Translations under genes and position numbers: made by a program
Shown: piece after piece, positions 1 to 9,965 of the stretch
How the letters are laid out: every line of letters begins with the position of its first letter
Position numbering within the stretch: the first letter of the stretch is position 1
Notes under the pieces: generated by a model
What the model saw: the letters and a program-made list of their open reading frames with translations, nothing else
Databases searched by the model: none
Told to the model about the DNA's origin: nothing
Origin: Solirubrobacteraceae bacterium
GTDB lineage: Bacteria > Actinomycetota > Thermoleophilia > Solirubrobacterales > Solirubrobacteraceae
Direction of reading: 5' to 3'
Assembly: GCA_035706585.1 (NCBI GenBank)
Contig: DASSUW010000451.1
Coordinates: 1-62,618, forward strand
DNA: 62,618 nt

Positions 1-1
1 G

Positions 2-24
2 AATCGGAATATCCGGTTCCGATT
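2..24. promoter_or_regulatory. Inverted repeat AATCGGAA-N7-TTCCGATT, candidate TetR operator
   Basis: The arms are perfect reverse complements. It lies ~110-135 nt upstream of the TetR start candidates. The window begins here, so context is incomplete. Confidence 0.2.
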
Positions 25-131
25 TGATCGCCCGCGACGGCGGCGCGCACATCGGACATGTGCCCACACATCGCTTCGCCAAGGCCTTACGCGCCGAACA
101 TAAAGGGGTCAGACCCCCTTATTCGCGCGGA

Positions 132-776
132 ATGTGGTGCTCCGATAGGATTGTCGAAGTGCGTGGCCGGCAGGCAGAGGCATCCCGCAACGACGCGCTG
201 GTGCTCGCCGCCGCGCGCGCGGTCCTGACGGCGGACCCGGCGGCGCCGATGGCCGACATCGCCCGGCGGGCGGGGGTCGGGATCGGCACCCTGTACCGGC
301 GCTATCCGAGCAAGGAGGCGCTCGTGCTCCAGCTGTCCCTGGACGGGATGCGGCAGCTCGAGGATGTCGCCCGGACGGCGCTCGTCCGCGTCGACGACGA
401 CGCCTGGGACGCGTTCGCGACGTTCATGCACGACGGGCTCGCCGCGGGCGCCGGCTCGCTCGGCGCCGCGCTCGCCGGGACGTTCACGCCCACGGAGGAG
501 CTGATCGCCGCCGCCCGCAGCCTCTACCGGACCGTGCAGGAGCTGATCGAGCGCGTCAAGACGGCGGGCGTGCTGCGCGCCGACATCACGCAGGAGGACG
601 TGAACCTGCTGTTCGAGCAATTGCGCGGCGTGCGGCTCGGCGACGACGAGCGCACCGCCGACCTGCAGCGGCGTTACCTCGCGCTGATGCTGCAGGCGCT
701 GCGCGCGCCCGGGGCCGCGCCGCTGCCGGGCTCTCCCCCGGGGTGGGCGGAGATCCAGGGACGCTGGCAGTCGTGA
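132..776 (+). CDS. TetR/AcrR family transcriptional regulator
   Basis: HTH signature MADIARRAGVGIGTLYRRYPSKEAL. ATG 132 or GTG 159 gives a normal N-terminus within ORF 24..776. The TGA stop overlaps the next gene's GTG (GTGA). Confidence 0.8.
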   Translation: MWCSDRIVEVRGRQAEASRNDALVLAAARAVLTADPAAPMADIARRAGVGIGTLYRRYPSKEALVLQLSLDGMRQLEDVARTALVRVDDDAWDAFATFMHDGLAAGAGSLGAALAGTFTPTEELIAAARSLYRTVQELIERVKTAGVLRADITQEDVNLLFEQLRGVRLGDDERTADLQRRYLALMLQALRAPGAAPLPGSPPGWAEIQGRWQS

Positions 777-1798
777 GCGTGCTGTCGCAGCGGGCGCTCA
801 ACCGGGCGCTGCTCGCGCGCCAGCTGCTGCTCGAGCGCCCGCGCGTCGCGCTCGCCGAGGCACTGGAGCGGACCGGCGGCATCCAGGCGCAGTACGCGCC
901 GGCGATGTACGTCGGCGCGTGGTCCCGCGTCGCGGGCCTCGAGCGCAGCGCGCTCACACGCGCGCTCGAGGACCGCAGCGTGATCCAGGCGACGCTGATG
1001 CGTTCGACGATCCACCTCGTCGCACCGGGCGACTACTGGCCGTTCGCGCGCGCGGTCCGCGCCGCGCGGCGCCGGTCGTGGCTGCGGTCGGTGAAGGACG
1101 CATCGGCGCCGAAGATGGCCGGGGCCGCGCGCACGGTGCGCACGGCGCTGGCCGACGGCCCGCTCACCCGTGCGCAGATCGAGCAGCTCGTCGGCAAGGA
1201 CCGCGCCCGCGGCGTCGGGTTGTGGGTCGACATGGTGCGCGTGCCGCCGTCGGGCACCTGGGAGCGCCGCCGCGCAGACCTGTACGCCCTGGCCGAGAAC
1301 TGGCTGCCGGGCGGCGAGATGGACGAGGCGCAGGCGATCGACCACCTCGTCCGCAGCTACCTGCGCGGCTTCGGGCCGGCGTCGCGGCACGACCTCGCGA
1401 GCTACACCGGCTTCCGCGTCGGCGAGTTGACCGCCGTCGTGAAGCGGCTCGAGCTCGACCGCCACGAGAGCGAGGACGGCAGCGAGCTGCTCGACGTCCC
1501 GGGATCGCCGCTGCCGCACCCGGACACGCCGGCGCCCGTGCGCTTCCTGCCGGTGTGGGACGCGACGCTCCTCGTCCACGCCCGCCGCACCGGCCTGCTG
1601 CCCGAGCCGCTGCGGCCGGAGGTCTTCAGCGTCAAGAAGCCGCATGGGACGCCGACGTTCCTCGTCGACGGCGCCGTCGCCGGAGCGTGGCGGTACGACG
1701 ACGGCCGGATCGCGCTCGAGCCGTGGACGAAGCTCGATCGCGCGGCGCGCCGCGCGCTCGATGCGGAGGCCGAGCGCCTGGCCGCGTTCCACGCCTGA
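773..1798 (+). CDS. HTH_42/DUF1006 winged-helix protein, AlkZ/YcaQ-like DNA glycosylase family
   Basis: N-terminus LSQRALNRALLARQLLLER...TGGIQAQYAPAMYVG...IQATLMRSTIHLV is typical of the family. GTG 773 overlaps the TetR stop. Confidence 0.7.
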   Translation: MSVLSQRALNRALLARQLLLERPRVALAEALERTGGIQAQYAPAMYVGAWSRVAGLERSALTRALEDRSVIQATLMRSTIHLVAPGDYWPFARAVRAARRRSWLRSVKDASAPKMAGAARTVRTALADGPLTRAQIEQLVGKDRARGVGLWVDMVRVPPSGTWERRRADLYALAENWLPGGEMDEAQAIDHLVRSYLRGFGPASRHDLASYTGFRVGELTAVVKRLELDRHESEDGSELLDVPGSPLPHPDTPAPVRFLPVWDATLLVHARRTGLLPEPLRPEVFSVKKPHGTPTFLVDGAVAGAWRYDDGRIALEPWTKLDRAARRALDAEAERLAAFHA

Positions 1799-1886
1799 GC
1801 CGGCGGCGCTGGAAGCCGGTCGCGCCGATGTCCCCCCGAGCCCAGCCGCTCGGTGTCGTCGTCCGAACGGATGACGTGGAGGTTCG

Positions 1887-1908
1887 TCCGCCGGGTCCTC
1901 CCGGCGGA
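1887..1908 (+). terminator. Perfect 9-bp stem / 4-nt loop hairpin (TCCGCCGGG TCCT CCCGGCGGA)
   Basis: Read directly, ~90 nt after the AlkZ-like stop. There is no U-tract. Confidence 0.3.
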
Positions 1909-1947
1909 TGATCCCGCGGCCGACGCGGCAGGCGGACGCTACCGGGC

Positions 1948-3609
1948 ATGTCTGCCACCGCCGAGAGCGTTCCCTTCGCCGCCGGCCGGCTCGCGAGCCG
2001 GCCCGGGCTCCGCCGCGAGATCGGGTTCATCGGACTGCTGTGGGCGTCCGGCGGCTCGATCATCGGGTCGGGCTGGCTGTTCGGCGCCCAGGGCGCCCTT
2101 GCCACCGCGGGCCCCGCCGCGCTCATCTCCTGGGTCGTCGGCGCAGTCGCGATCCTGCTGCTCGCGCTCGTGCACGCCGAGCTCGGCGCCATGTGGCCCG
2201 TGGCGGGCGGGACGGCGCGCTTCCCGCACTCGGCGTTCGGCGGCGCGGTCGGGGCGTCGTTCGGCTGGTTCTCGTGGCTGCAGGCCGCCACCGTCGCGCC
2301 GATCGAGGTCATGGCCGTCATCCAGTACGCGCAGCACTACTCGTTCGCGAGCGGCTGGATGAAGGTCAGCGGCGGCCAGAACGTGCTCACCACGGCGGGC
2401 ATCGTCGCCGCCGTCGCGCTGATGGCGATCTTCACGGCGGTCAACTTCCTCAGCGTCCGGCACCTTGCGCACACGAACAGCACGGCGACGTGGTGGAAGG
2501 TCGGCGTGCCGGTGCTGACGATCGTCGTGCTGGCGGCGAGCGGGCTCCACTGGGACAACTTCTCGGCCGCCGACGGGTTCGCGCCCGGCGGCGCGGGCGG
2601 CGTGCTGGCCGCGGTGTCGACGAGCGGCATCGTGTTCGCGCTGCTCGGCTTCGAGCAGGCCGACCAGCTCGCGGGCGAGAGCGCGAACCCCAAGCGCGAC
2701 ATCCCGCGCGCGGTGATCGGCGCGATCGCGATCGGCGCGGTGATCTACATCCTGCTGCAGGTCGTGTTCCTCGCCGCGATGCCGCCGTCGCAGATCTCGG
2801 GCACGTGGGCGGGCTCGCCGTTCGCGACGTTCAGCGGGCCGTTCGCGCAGCTCGCCACGCTCGTCGGCGCCGGCTGGCTCGCCACGGTCCTCTACATCGA
2901 CGCGGTGATCTCGCCGGGCGGGACCGGGCTGATCTACACGACCGCCTCCTCGCGCGTCTCCTACGGGCTGTCCCGCAACGGCTACGTGCCGACGATCTAC
3001 GAGCGCACCGACCGCCGCGGCGTGCCGTGGTTCGGCCTGATCACCGCGTTCGTGATCGGCTGCGTGTGCTTCTTGCCGTTCCCGAGCTGGCGGTCGCTGG
3101 TGGGCCTGATCACGAGCGCCAGCGTGCTCATGTACGCGGGCGCGCCGCTCGCGCTCGGCGTCTTCCGCAACCGCCTGCCGGAGGCGGAGCGGCCGTACCG
3201 GCTGCCGGCCGCGCGCGTGCTCTCCCCGCTCGCGTTCGTCGTCGCCAACCTGCTGATCCTGTGGTCGGGCTGGACGACCGACTACAAGCTCGGGATCGCG
3301 ATCCTGATCGGCTACGTGATCCTCGCGCTCAACCACGTGCTCAAGCTCAACCCGACGCGGCCGCAGTTCGAGCTGCGCTCTGCCGTGTGGCTGCCGGTCT
3401 ACCTCGTCGGGATGGGCCTGCTCGTCTACCTCAGCGATTTCGGGCCGCTCGCCAATCCGTGGTTCCCGCTGTGGTGGGACATGGTCGCGGTCACCGCGTT
3501 CACGCTCGCGATCTACTTCTGGGCGCTGCGCGTCGCGCTTCCGCACGACAAGATCGACGCGCTCATCCACGCCGGCGCAACGCAGCCTGCTGCCGCCGCC
3601 CTGGCGTAG
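1948..3609 (+). CDS. APC-superfamily amino acid permease
   Basis: 553 aa, about 12 hydrophobic segments, N-terminal GLLWASGGSIIGSGWLFGAQGA motif. The 1087-aa ORF in another frame over this region is rejected. Confidence 0.85.
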   Translation: MSATAESVPFAAGRLASRPGLRREIGFIGLLWASGGSIIGSGWLFGAQGALATAGPAALISWVVGAVAILLLALVHAELGAMWPVAGGTARFPHSAFGGAVGASFGWFSWLQAATVAPIEVMAVIQYAQHYSFASGWMKVSGGQNVLTTAGIVAAVALMAIFTAVNFLSVRHLAHTNSTATWWKVGVPVLTIVVLAASGLHWDNFSAADGFAPGGAGGVLAAVSTSGIVFALLGFEQADQLAGESANPKRDIPRAVIGAIAIGAVIYILLQVVFLAAMPPSQISGTWAGSPFATFSGPFAQLATLVGAGWLATVLYIDAVISPGGTGLIYTTASSRVSYGLSRNGYVPTIYERTDRRGVPWFGLITAFVIGCVCFLPFPSWRSLVGLITSASVLMYAGAPLALGVFRNRLPEAERPYRLPAARVLSPLAFVVANLLILWSGWTTDYKLGIAILIGYVILALNHVLKLNPTRPQFELRSAVWLPVYLVGMGLLVYLSDFGPLANPWFPLWWDMVAVTAFTLAIYFWALRVALPHDKIDALIHAGATQPAAAALA

Positions 3610-3620
3610 GCTTGCCGTTG

Positions 3621-5171
3621 GTGCGCTCAGCGAGCCAGGACAGGAGCGTTCGTCTCGCCGAGCTCGTGGCGGTGCTGTCCCTGGGAACGGACCTCGGGCT
3701 CGGCCAGCCGATGGAGCATGTCCTGCGCCAGAGCCTGATCGCGCTGCGGCTCGCGGAGCGGCTGGGCCTGGATGAGTCCGGGCGCGCGGTGGTCTACTAC
3801 TGCGGGCTGGTGGCGTGGGTGGGCTGCCATGTCGACGCGTACGAGCAGGCGAAGTGGTTCGGTGACGATCTCGCGCTCAAGGGCGATGCGCGCCGGGTCG
3901 ATCGCACGGGCCCTGCGTTCGTGTTGAGCCACCTCGGGGCGGGCCGCCCGCCGCTGGAGCGGGTGCGCCTCGGCTTCGCGTTCCTGGGCGCGGGCCGGCG
4001 CGCGGCGGCGGAGATGCTCGCGAACCACTGGCTGGCCACCGATGCGCTGGCGGCGCGGCTGAACCTGGGCGAAGAGGTTCGCGCGAACCTGGAGCAGACG
4101 TTCGAACGGTGGGACGGCAAGGGGGCGCCGGCCGGCCGCAAGGCCGAGGAGATCCTGGTCCCCGCGCGGCTGGTCAACCTCGCCGACGTGGTGGAGGTCT
4201 ACCACCGGACGGACGGCGTGGCGGCGGCGACGGCGGTGGCGCGCGAACGGAGCGGGACGCAGTTCGACCCGAACCTCGTGCAGGTCTTCTGCGAGGACGC
4301 CGCGGCCGTCTGCGGCGATCTGGACTCGGCGACGAGCTGGGAGGCGGTGCTCGCCGCCGAGCCCGGCCCCGAGGTCTGGATCGACGGCGCCGGACTCGAC
4401 GCCGCGCTGGAGGCCGTCGCCGAGTTCACGGACCTCAAGTCTCCGTGGACGATCGGCCATTCGCGCGGTGTGGCCGAGCTCGCGGCCGCGGCCGCGGGCG
4501 GCTACGGGCTGCCCGAGGGCGACGCCGTCATGCTCCGCCGCGCCGCGCTGGTCCACGACCTCGGCCGCCTCGGCGTGTCCAACGCGATCTGGGACAAGCG
4601 AGAGGCGCTGACCCTGGCCGAGCTCGAGCGGGTTCGACTGCATCCCTATCTGACGGAGCGCATGCTCGCCCCCTCAGCCGTGCTCGCGCCGCTCGGCGCG
4701 ATCGCCGTGCAGCACCACGAGCGCATGGACGGCTCCGGCTATCCCCGCGGCCTGTCGGGAGCGGCCATCTCCCCGGCCGGGCGGATCCTCGGCGCCGCCG
4801 ACGCCTACCAGGCGATGATCGAGCCGCGGCCGCACCGGCCCGCGCGGTCATCGGAGGAGGCGGCGTCCGCGCTGCGCGCCGAGGTGGCGGCCGGACGCCT
4901 CGAAGGGGACGCCGTCGACACGGTCCTGCGCGCTGCCGGCCATCGGGTCAAGCGCCGCCGCGAGGGCCCGGCCGGGTTGACTCCCCGCGAGGTGGAGGTG
5001 CTGAGGCTGCTCGCGCGCGGGCTCTCGAACCGGGAGATCGCCGAGCAGCTCGTGATCACGCCCAAGACCGCCGCCAACCACGTCGAGCACATCTACGCCA
5101 AGACCGGCGCCTCCAACCGGGCCCGGGCCAGCCTGTTCGCCGTCGAGCACGGCCTGATCGCGGAAAGATGA
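3621..5171 (+). CDS. HD-GYP domain protein fused to a LuxR-type HTH
   Basis: HDLGRLGV...HHERMDGSGYPRGL (HD-GYP), then C-terminal LTPREVEVLRLLARGLSNREIAEQLVITPKTAANHVEHIYAKTG (LuxR HTH). GTG 3621 (TTG 3618 is an alternative) lies just after the permease stop. Confidence 0.8.
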   Translation: MRSASQDRSVRLAELVAVLSLGTDLGLGQPMEHVLRQSLIALRLAERLGLDESGRAVVYYCGLVAWVGCHVDAYEQAKWFGDDLALKGDARRVDRTGPAFVLSHLGAGRPPLERVRLGFAFLGAGRRAAAEMLANHWLATDALAARLNLGEEVRANLEQTFERWDGKGAPAGRKAEEILVPARLVNLADVVEVYHRTDGVAAATAVARERSGTQFDPNLVQVFCEDAAAVCGDLDSATSWEAVLAAEPGPEVWIDGAGLDAALEAVAEFTDLKSPWTIGHSRGVAELAAAAAGGYGLPEGDAVMLRRAALVHDLGRLGVSNAIWDKREALTLAELERVRLHPYLTERMLAPSAVLAPLGAIAVQHHERMDGSGYPRGLSGAAISPAGRILGAADAYQAMIEPRPHRPARSSEEAASALRAEVAAGRLEGDAVDTVLRAAGHRVKRRREGPAGLTPREVEVLRLLARGLSNREIAEQLVITPKTAANHVEHIYAKTGASNRARASLFAVEHGLIAER

Positions 5172-5247
5172 GGCGAACGCCTCATGACCGCGGATCGCGC
5201 CGCCCCTACGTTCGCATCGACACGGTCAACGAGCACAGGAGGACACC

Positions 5248-6333
5248 GTGGCGACCGAGATGCGAGCTGCGCGCGGCGCGATCGACGACGCGAAGCTGGA
5301 GGCGTTCGTACACCAGGCGCTCGGCGAGCTGGGCGCGACGCTGAACTCCGCACTGGTGGTGCTCGGCGACCAGCTGGGGCTGTACCGGGCGATGGCCGCC
5401 GCCGGCGCACTCACGCCCGCCGAGCTGGCCGAGCGCACCGGCACGACGGAGCGCTACGTGCGCGAGTGGCTCAACGCCCAGGCGGCCGGTGGCTACGTCC
5501 ACTACGACCCGTCCGACGAGCGCTACACGCTGCCGGCTGAACAGGCGGTGGTGCTGGCCGACGAGGACAGCCCGTACTTCCTGCCGGGCGCCTTCCAGCT
5601 CATGACCGCGAGCGCCGCCGACCACCCGGCGATCGCCGCGGCGTTCCGCTCGGGCGCGGGCGTCGGCTGGCACGAGCACAACCACGGAGTCTTCGAGGGC
5701 TGCGAGCGCTTCTTCCGACCCGGCTACGCAGCGTTCTTGTGCTCGCAGTGGATCCCGGCGCTGGACGGCGTGGAGGCCAAGCTGCGCGCCGGCGCCCGGG
5801 TGGCCGACGTCGGGTGCGGCCACGGCGCCTCGACGATCCTCATGGCCCAGGCCTACCCCGCGTCGACGTTCACCGGGTTCGACTACCACGGCGACTCGAT
5901 CGCCGCCGCCCGCGAGCGCGCGCGGGCCGCCGGGCTCGGCGACCGGGTGCGCTTCGACGTCGCGCCCGCCGCCGGCTACCCGGGCGCGGGCTATGACCTG
6001 GTGTGCACGTTCGACTGCTTGCACGACATGGGCGACCCGGTCGGCGCGGCCCGCCACGTGCGCGCGAGCCTCGACGCCGACGGGACCTGGCTGATCGTGG
6101 AGCCGTTCGCCAACGACCGCACCGAGGACAACCTCAACCCGGTCGGCCGCATCTACTACGCGGCCTCCACGCTGCTGTGCACCCCCGCCTCGCTGTCGCA
6201 GGAGGTCGGTCTCGCGCTCGGCGCGCAGGCCGGCGAGACGCGACTGCACGACGTGATCACCGCGGGCGGGCTGACCCGCTTCCGGCGCGCCGCGCAGACG
6301 CCGTTCAACCTCATCTTCGAGGCGCGGCCGTGA
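5248..6333 (+). CDS. Class I SAM-dependent methyltransferase with N-terminal winged-helix (Rv2258c-like)
   Basis: Motif I VADVGCGHGASTILMAQ. AGGAGGA lies 4 nt before GTG 5248. Confidence 0.8.
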   Translation: MATEMRAARGAIDDAKLEAFVHQALGELGATLNSALVVLGDQLGLYRAMAAAGALTPAELAERTGTTERYVREWLNAQAAGGYVHYDPSDERYTLPAEQAVVLADEDSPYFLPGAFQLMTASAADHPAIAAAFRSGAGVGWHEHNHGVFEGCERFFRPGYAAFLCSQWIPALDGVEAKLRAGARVADVGCGHGASTILMAQAYPASTFTGFDYHGDSIAAARERARAAGLGDRVRFDVAPAAGYPGAGYDLVCTFDCLHDMGDPVGAARHVRASLDADGTWLIVEPFANDRTEDNLNPVGRIYYAASTLLCTPASLSQEVGLALGAQAGETRLHDVITAGGLTRFRRAAQTPFNLIFEARP

Positions 6334-7090
6334 GCGCGAAGCTCTACGCGATGGCCCATTCGCATCCGGCGATCGCGGTCCGGCTGATGCTCGATCGCAA
6401 AGGGATCGAGGCCGAGGTCTGGAACATCCTGCCGGGCCTGCACCCGATCGTCGTGCGGGCGGCGGGCTTTCCGGGACGCACGGTGCCGGCACTGCGCATC
6501 GACGGCGAGCGCATCCAGGGCACGCTCGACATCTCCCGGCGGCTGGACGGGATCCAGCCCGACCCGCCGCTGTTCCCACACGACCCGGACGAGCGCACCG
6601 CGGTGGAAGACGCCGAGCGCTGGGGCCACGACGTGCTCCAAGCGCTCGCCCGCCGCGTGTTCCGCTACGCAGCGCTCACGAGCAATCCGATCCGCGCGTG
6701 GATGGCGGGCGAGGTCGTCGGCATGCCGTTCCCCCGCGTGGCGGGCCTCGCCTACAAGCCGGTGATCGTCTACTTCGCGCACATCGTCGGCGCCTCCGGC
6801 GACGCGGTGCGGCGCGACCTCGAACAGCTTCCCGCGCTGCTGGACCGCTGCGACGAGCTGCTCGCCGCCGGCACGATCGGCGGCGAGCAGCCCAACGCCG
6901 CCGACTTCCAGATCCTGACCTCGATCCGCCTGCTGCTCTGCCACACCGAGCTGCGGCCGATCGTCGAGCGCTGGCGCTGCGCGCGGGCGGCGCTGGAGCT
7001 CGTGCCGGCCTACCCCGGGCCGATCCCGACCGCCCTGCCGCGCCGCTGGCTGCCCGCGGCCGGCCCGGCGGCCGCGATGGTCGCAGTGCC

Positions 7091-7094
<4 letters not shown>
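6330..7094 (+). CDS. Glutathione S-transferase-like / thioredoxin-fold protein
   Basis: KLYAMAHSHPAIAVRLMLDRKGIEAEVWNI...RTVPALRIDGERIQGTLDISRRL resembles a GST N-terminal domain. GTG 6330 overlaps the upstream stop (GTGA). Confidence 0.6.
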
Positions 7095-8864
<1,770 letters not shown>

Positions 8865-9014
8865 CGGGGCGTCGGCCCCCAGTATGGCACGCACAACGCG
8901 CCGTGAGTGGGACCCCAGCCCCCGTGCTGGAACCGGAGCCCGCGCAGTGCCGCAACTCGGCGGCGCGGCGAGGGTTTCCGGGGCGTCAACCGACCAGCCA
9001 GGAGGTGGGGCCCC

Positions 9015-9722
9015 GTGTCCCATTGTCTCAAGCGCCTGTGGGTGGCGCCGCTGATCGCGGCCGCGATCACGGTGGCGACCGCAGGAACGGCCGTCGCGCT
9101 GCTCATCACCGGCACCGATGGCCACGACCGGATCGTCGGCAGCCGGGCCGCCGACGCGATCGACGCCAAGGGCGGCCCCGACGCCGTCTTCGCGCTCGCG
9201 GGGAACGACCGGATCACGCTCGGCGACGGACCCGACCGCGCCCGGGCCGGCAACGGCGACGACGCCGTCGAGGGTGGCTTCGGCACCGACCGCATCCACG
9301 GCGGGCGGGGCGCCGACACGATCGCGGCCGGCGAGGGCGACGACCGCGTGTTCGCGGGCGCCGGCAACGACGTCGTCGACGCCGGGCCCGGGTACGACCG
9401 CGTCCGCGGGCGTCCCGGGAACGACACCGAGAGCGGCGGCGAGGGCTTCGACACGATGTTCGGCGGCCTCGGCTCCGACACGCTCTCGGGCGGCCCGGGC
9501 AACGACCGCCTGTTCGCCCGCGCCACCGACGGAGCGCCCGACACGGTCAACGGCGACGAGGGCGACGACCGCATCAACGTGCGCGACGGCACCCGTGACA
9601 TCGTGACCTGCGGCGAGGGCATCGACCGCGTACGCGCCGACTTCCAGGACGCCGTCGCGGCCGACTGCGAGCGGGTTCGGCGCCATGCGCCGCGTCCCGG
9701 CTACATCAACCGGTCGGAATAA
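9015..9722 (+). CDS. Secreted calcium-binding (RTX-like) repeat protein
   Basis: GGAGGT lies 8 nt before GTG 9015. Signal peptide LWVAPLIAAAITVATAGTAVA. Repeats GGxGxD run throughout (GGRGADTIAAGEGDDRVFAGAGNDVV...). Confidence 0.75.
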   Translation: MSHCLKRLWVAPLIAAAITVATAGTAVALLITGTDGHDRIVGSRAADAIDAKGGPDAVFALAGNDRITLGDGPDRARAGNGDDAVEGGFGTDRIHGGRGADTIAAGEGDDRVFAGAGNDVVDAGPGYDRVRGRPGNDTESGGEGFDTMFGGLGSDTLSGGPGNDRLFARATDGAPDTVNGDEGDDRINVRDGTRDIVTCGEGIDRVRADFQDAVAADCERVRRHAPRPGYINRSE

Positions 9723-9751
9723 CCCCGCAAAAACAGGGGTAGTCCGCCCGC

Positions 9752-9817
9752 ATGTACATCGGACTGGGCACGTTGCTCATCATCATCATCATCCTGCTGA
9801 TCATCCTGGTCTTCTAG
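9752..9817 (+). CDS. 21-codon hydrophobic, Ile-rich small ORF (MYIGLGTLLIIIIILLIILVF)
   Basis: ATG..TAG read by hand and not in the ORF track (under 60 aa). GC3 is 19/21, like real genes here. It lies 150 nt upstream of the MMPL gene. Confidence 0.4.
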   Translation: MYIGLGTLLIIIIILLIILVF

Positions 9818-9842
9818 GAACAGCAGGTCGCCGAAGCGGACG

Positions 9843-9862
9843 CCTCACCACCTCAGGTGAGG
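9843..9862 (+). terminator. Hairpin CCTCACC-ACCTCA-GGTGAGG followed by TTGT
   Basis: 7-bp perfect stem 26 nt after the small-ORF stop. It could be a terminator or attenuator. A second hairpin lies at 9918-9948. Confidence 0.3.
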
Positions 9863-9965
9863 TTGTCCGCACCGGCGGACACCGGGCGCCTCCCATGCCG
9901 CGCGGACCGCGCGGGCCGAAGCTAAGAGCGTCGTTCTCTCCCAGCTTCCCCGGAGGACCCCCCGC

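Noticed and set aside
1908-5171. Single 1087-aa ORF spanning the permease region and the HD-GYP/LuxR gene
   Set aside because: Only the part after ~3621 has domain signatures. The first 570 codons are an out-of-frame shadow of the APC permease, which has a clean 12-TM translation in its own frame.
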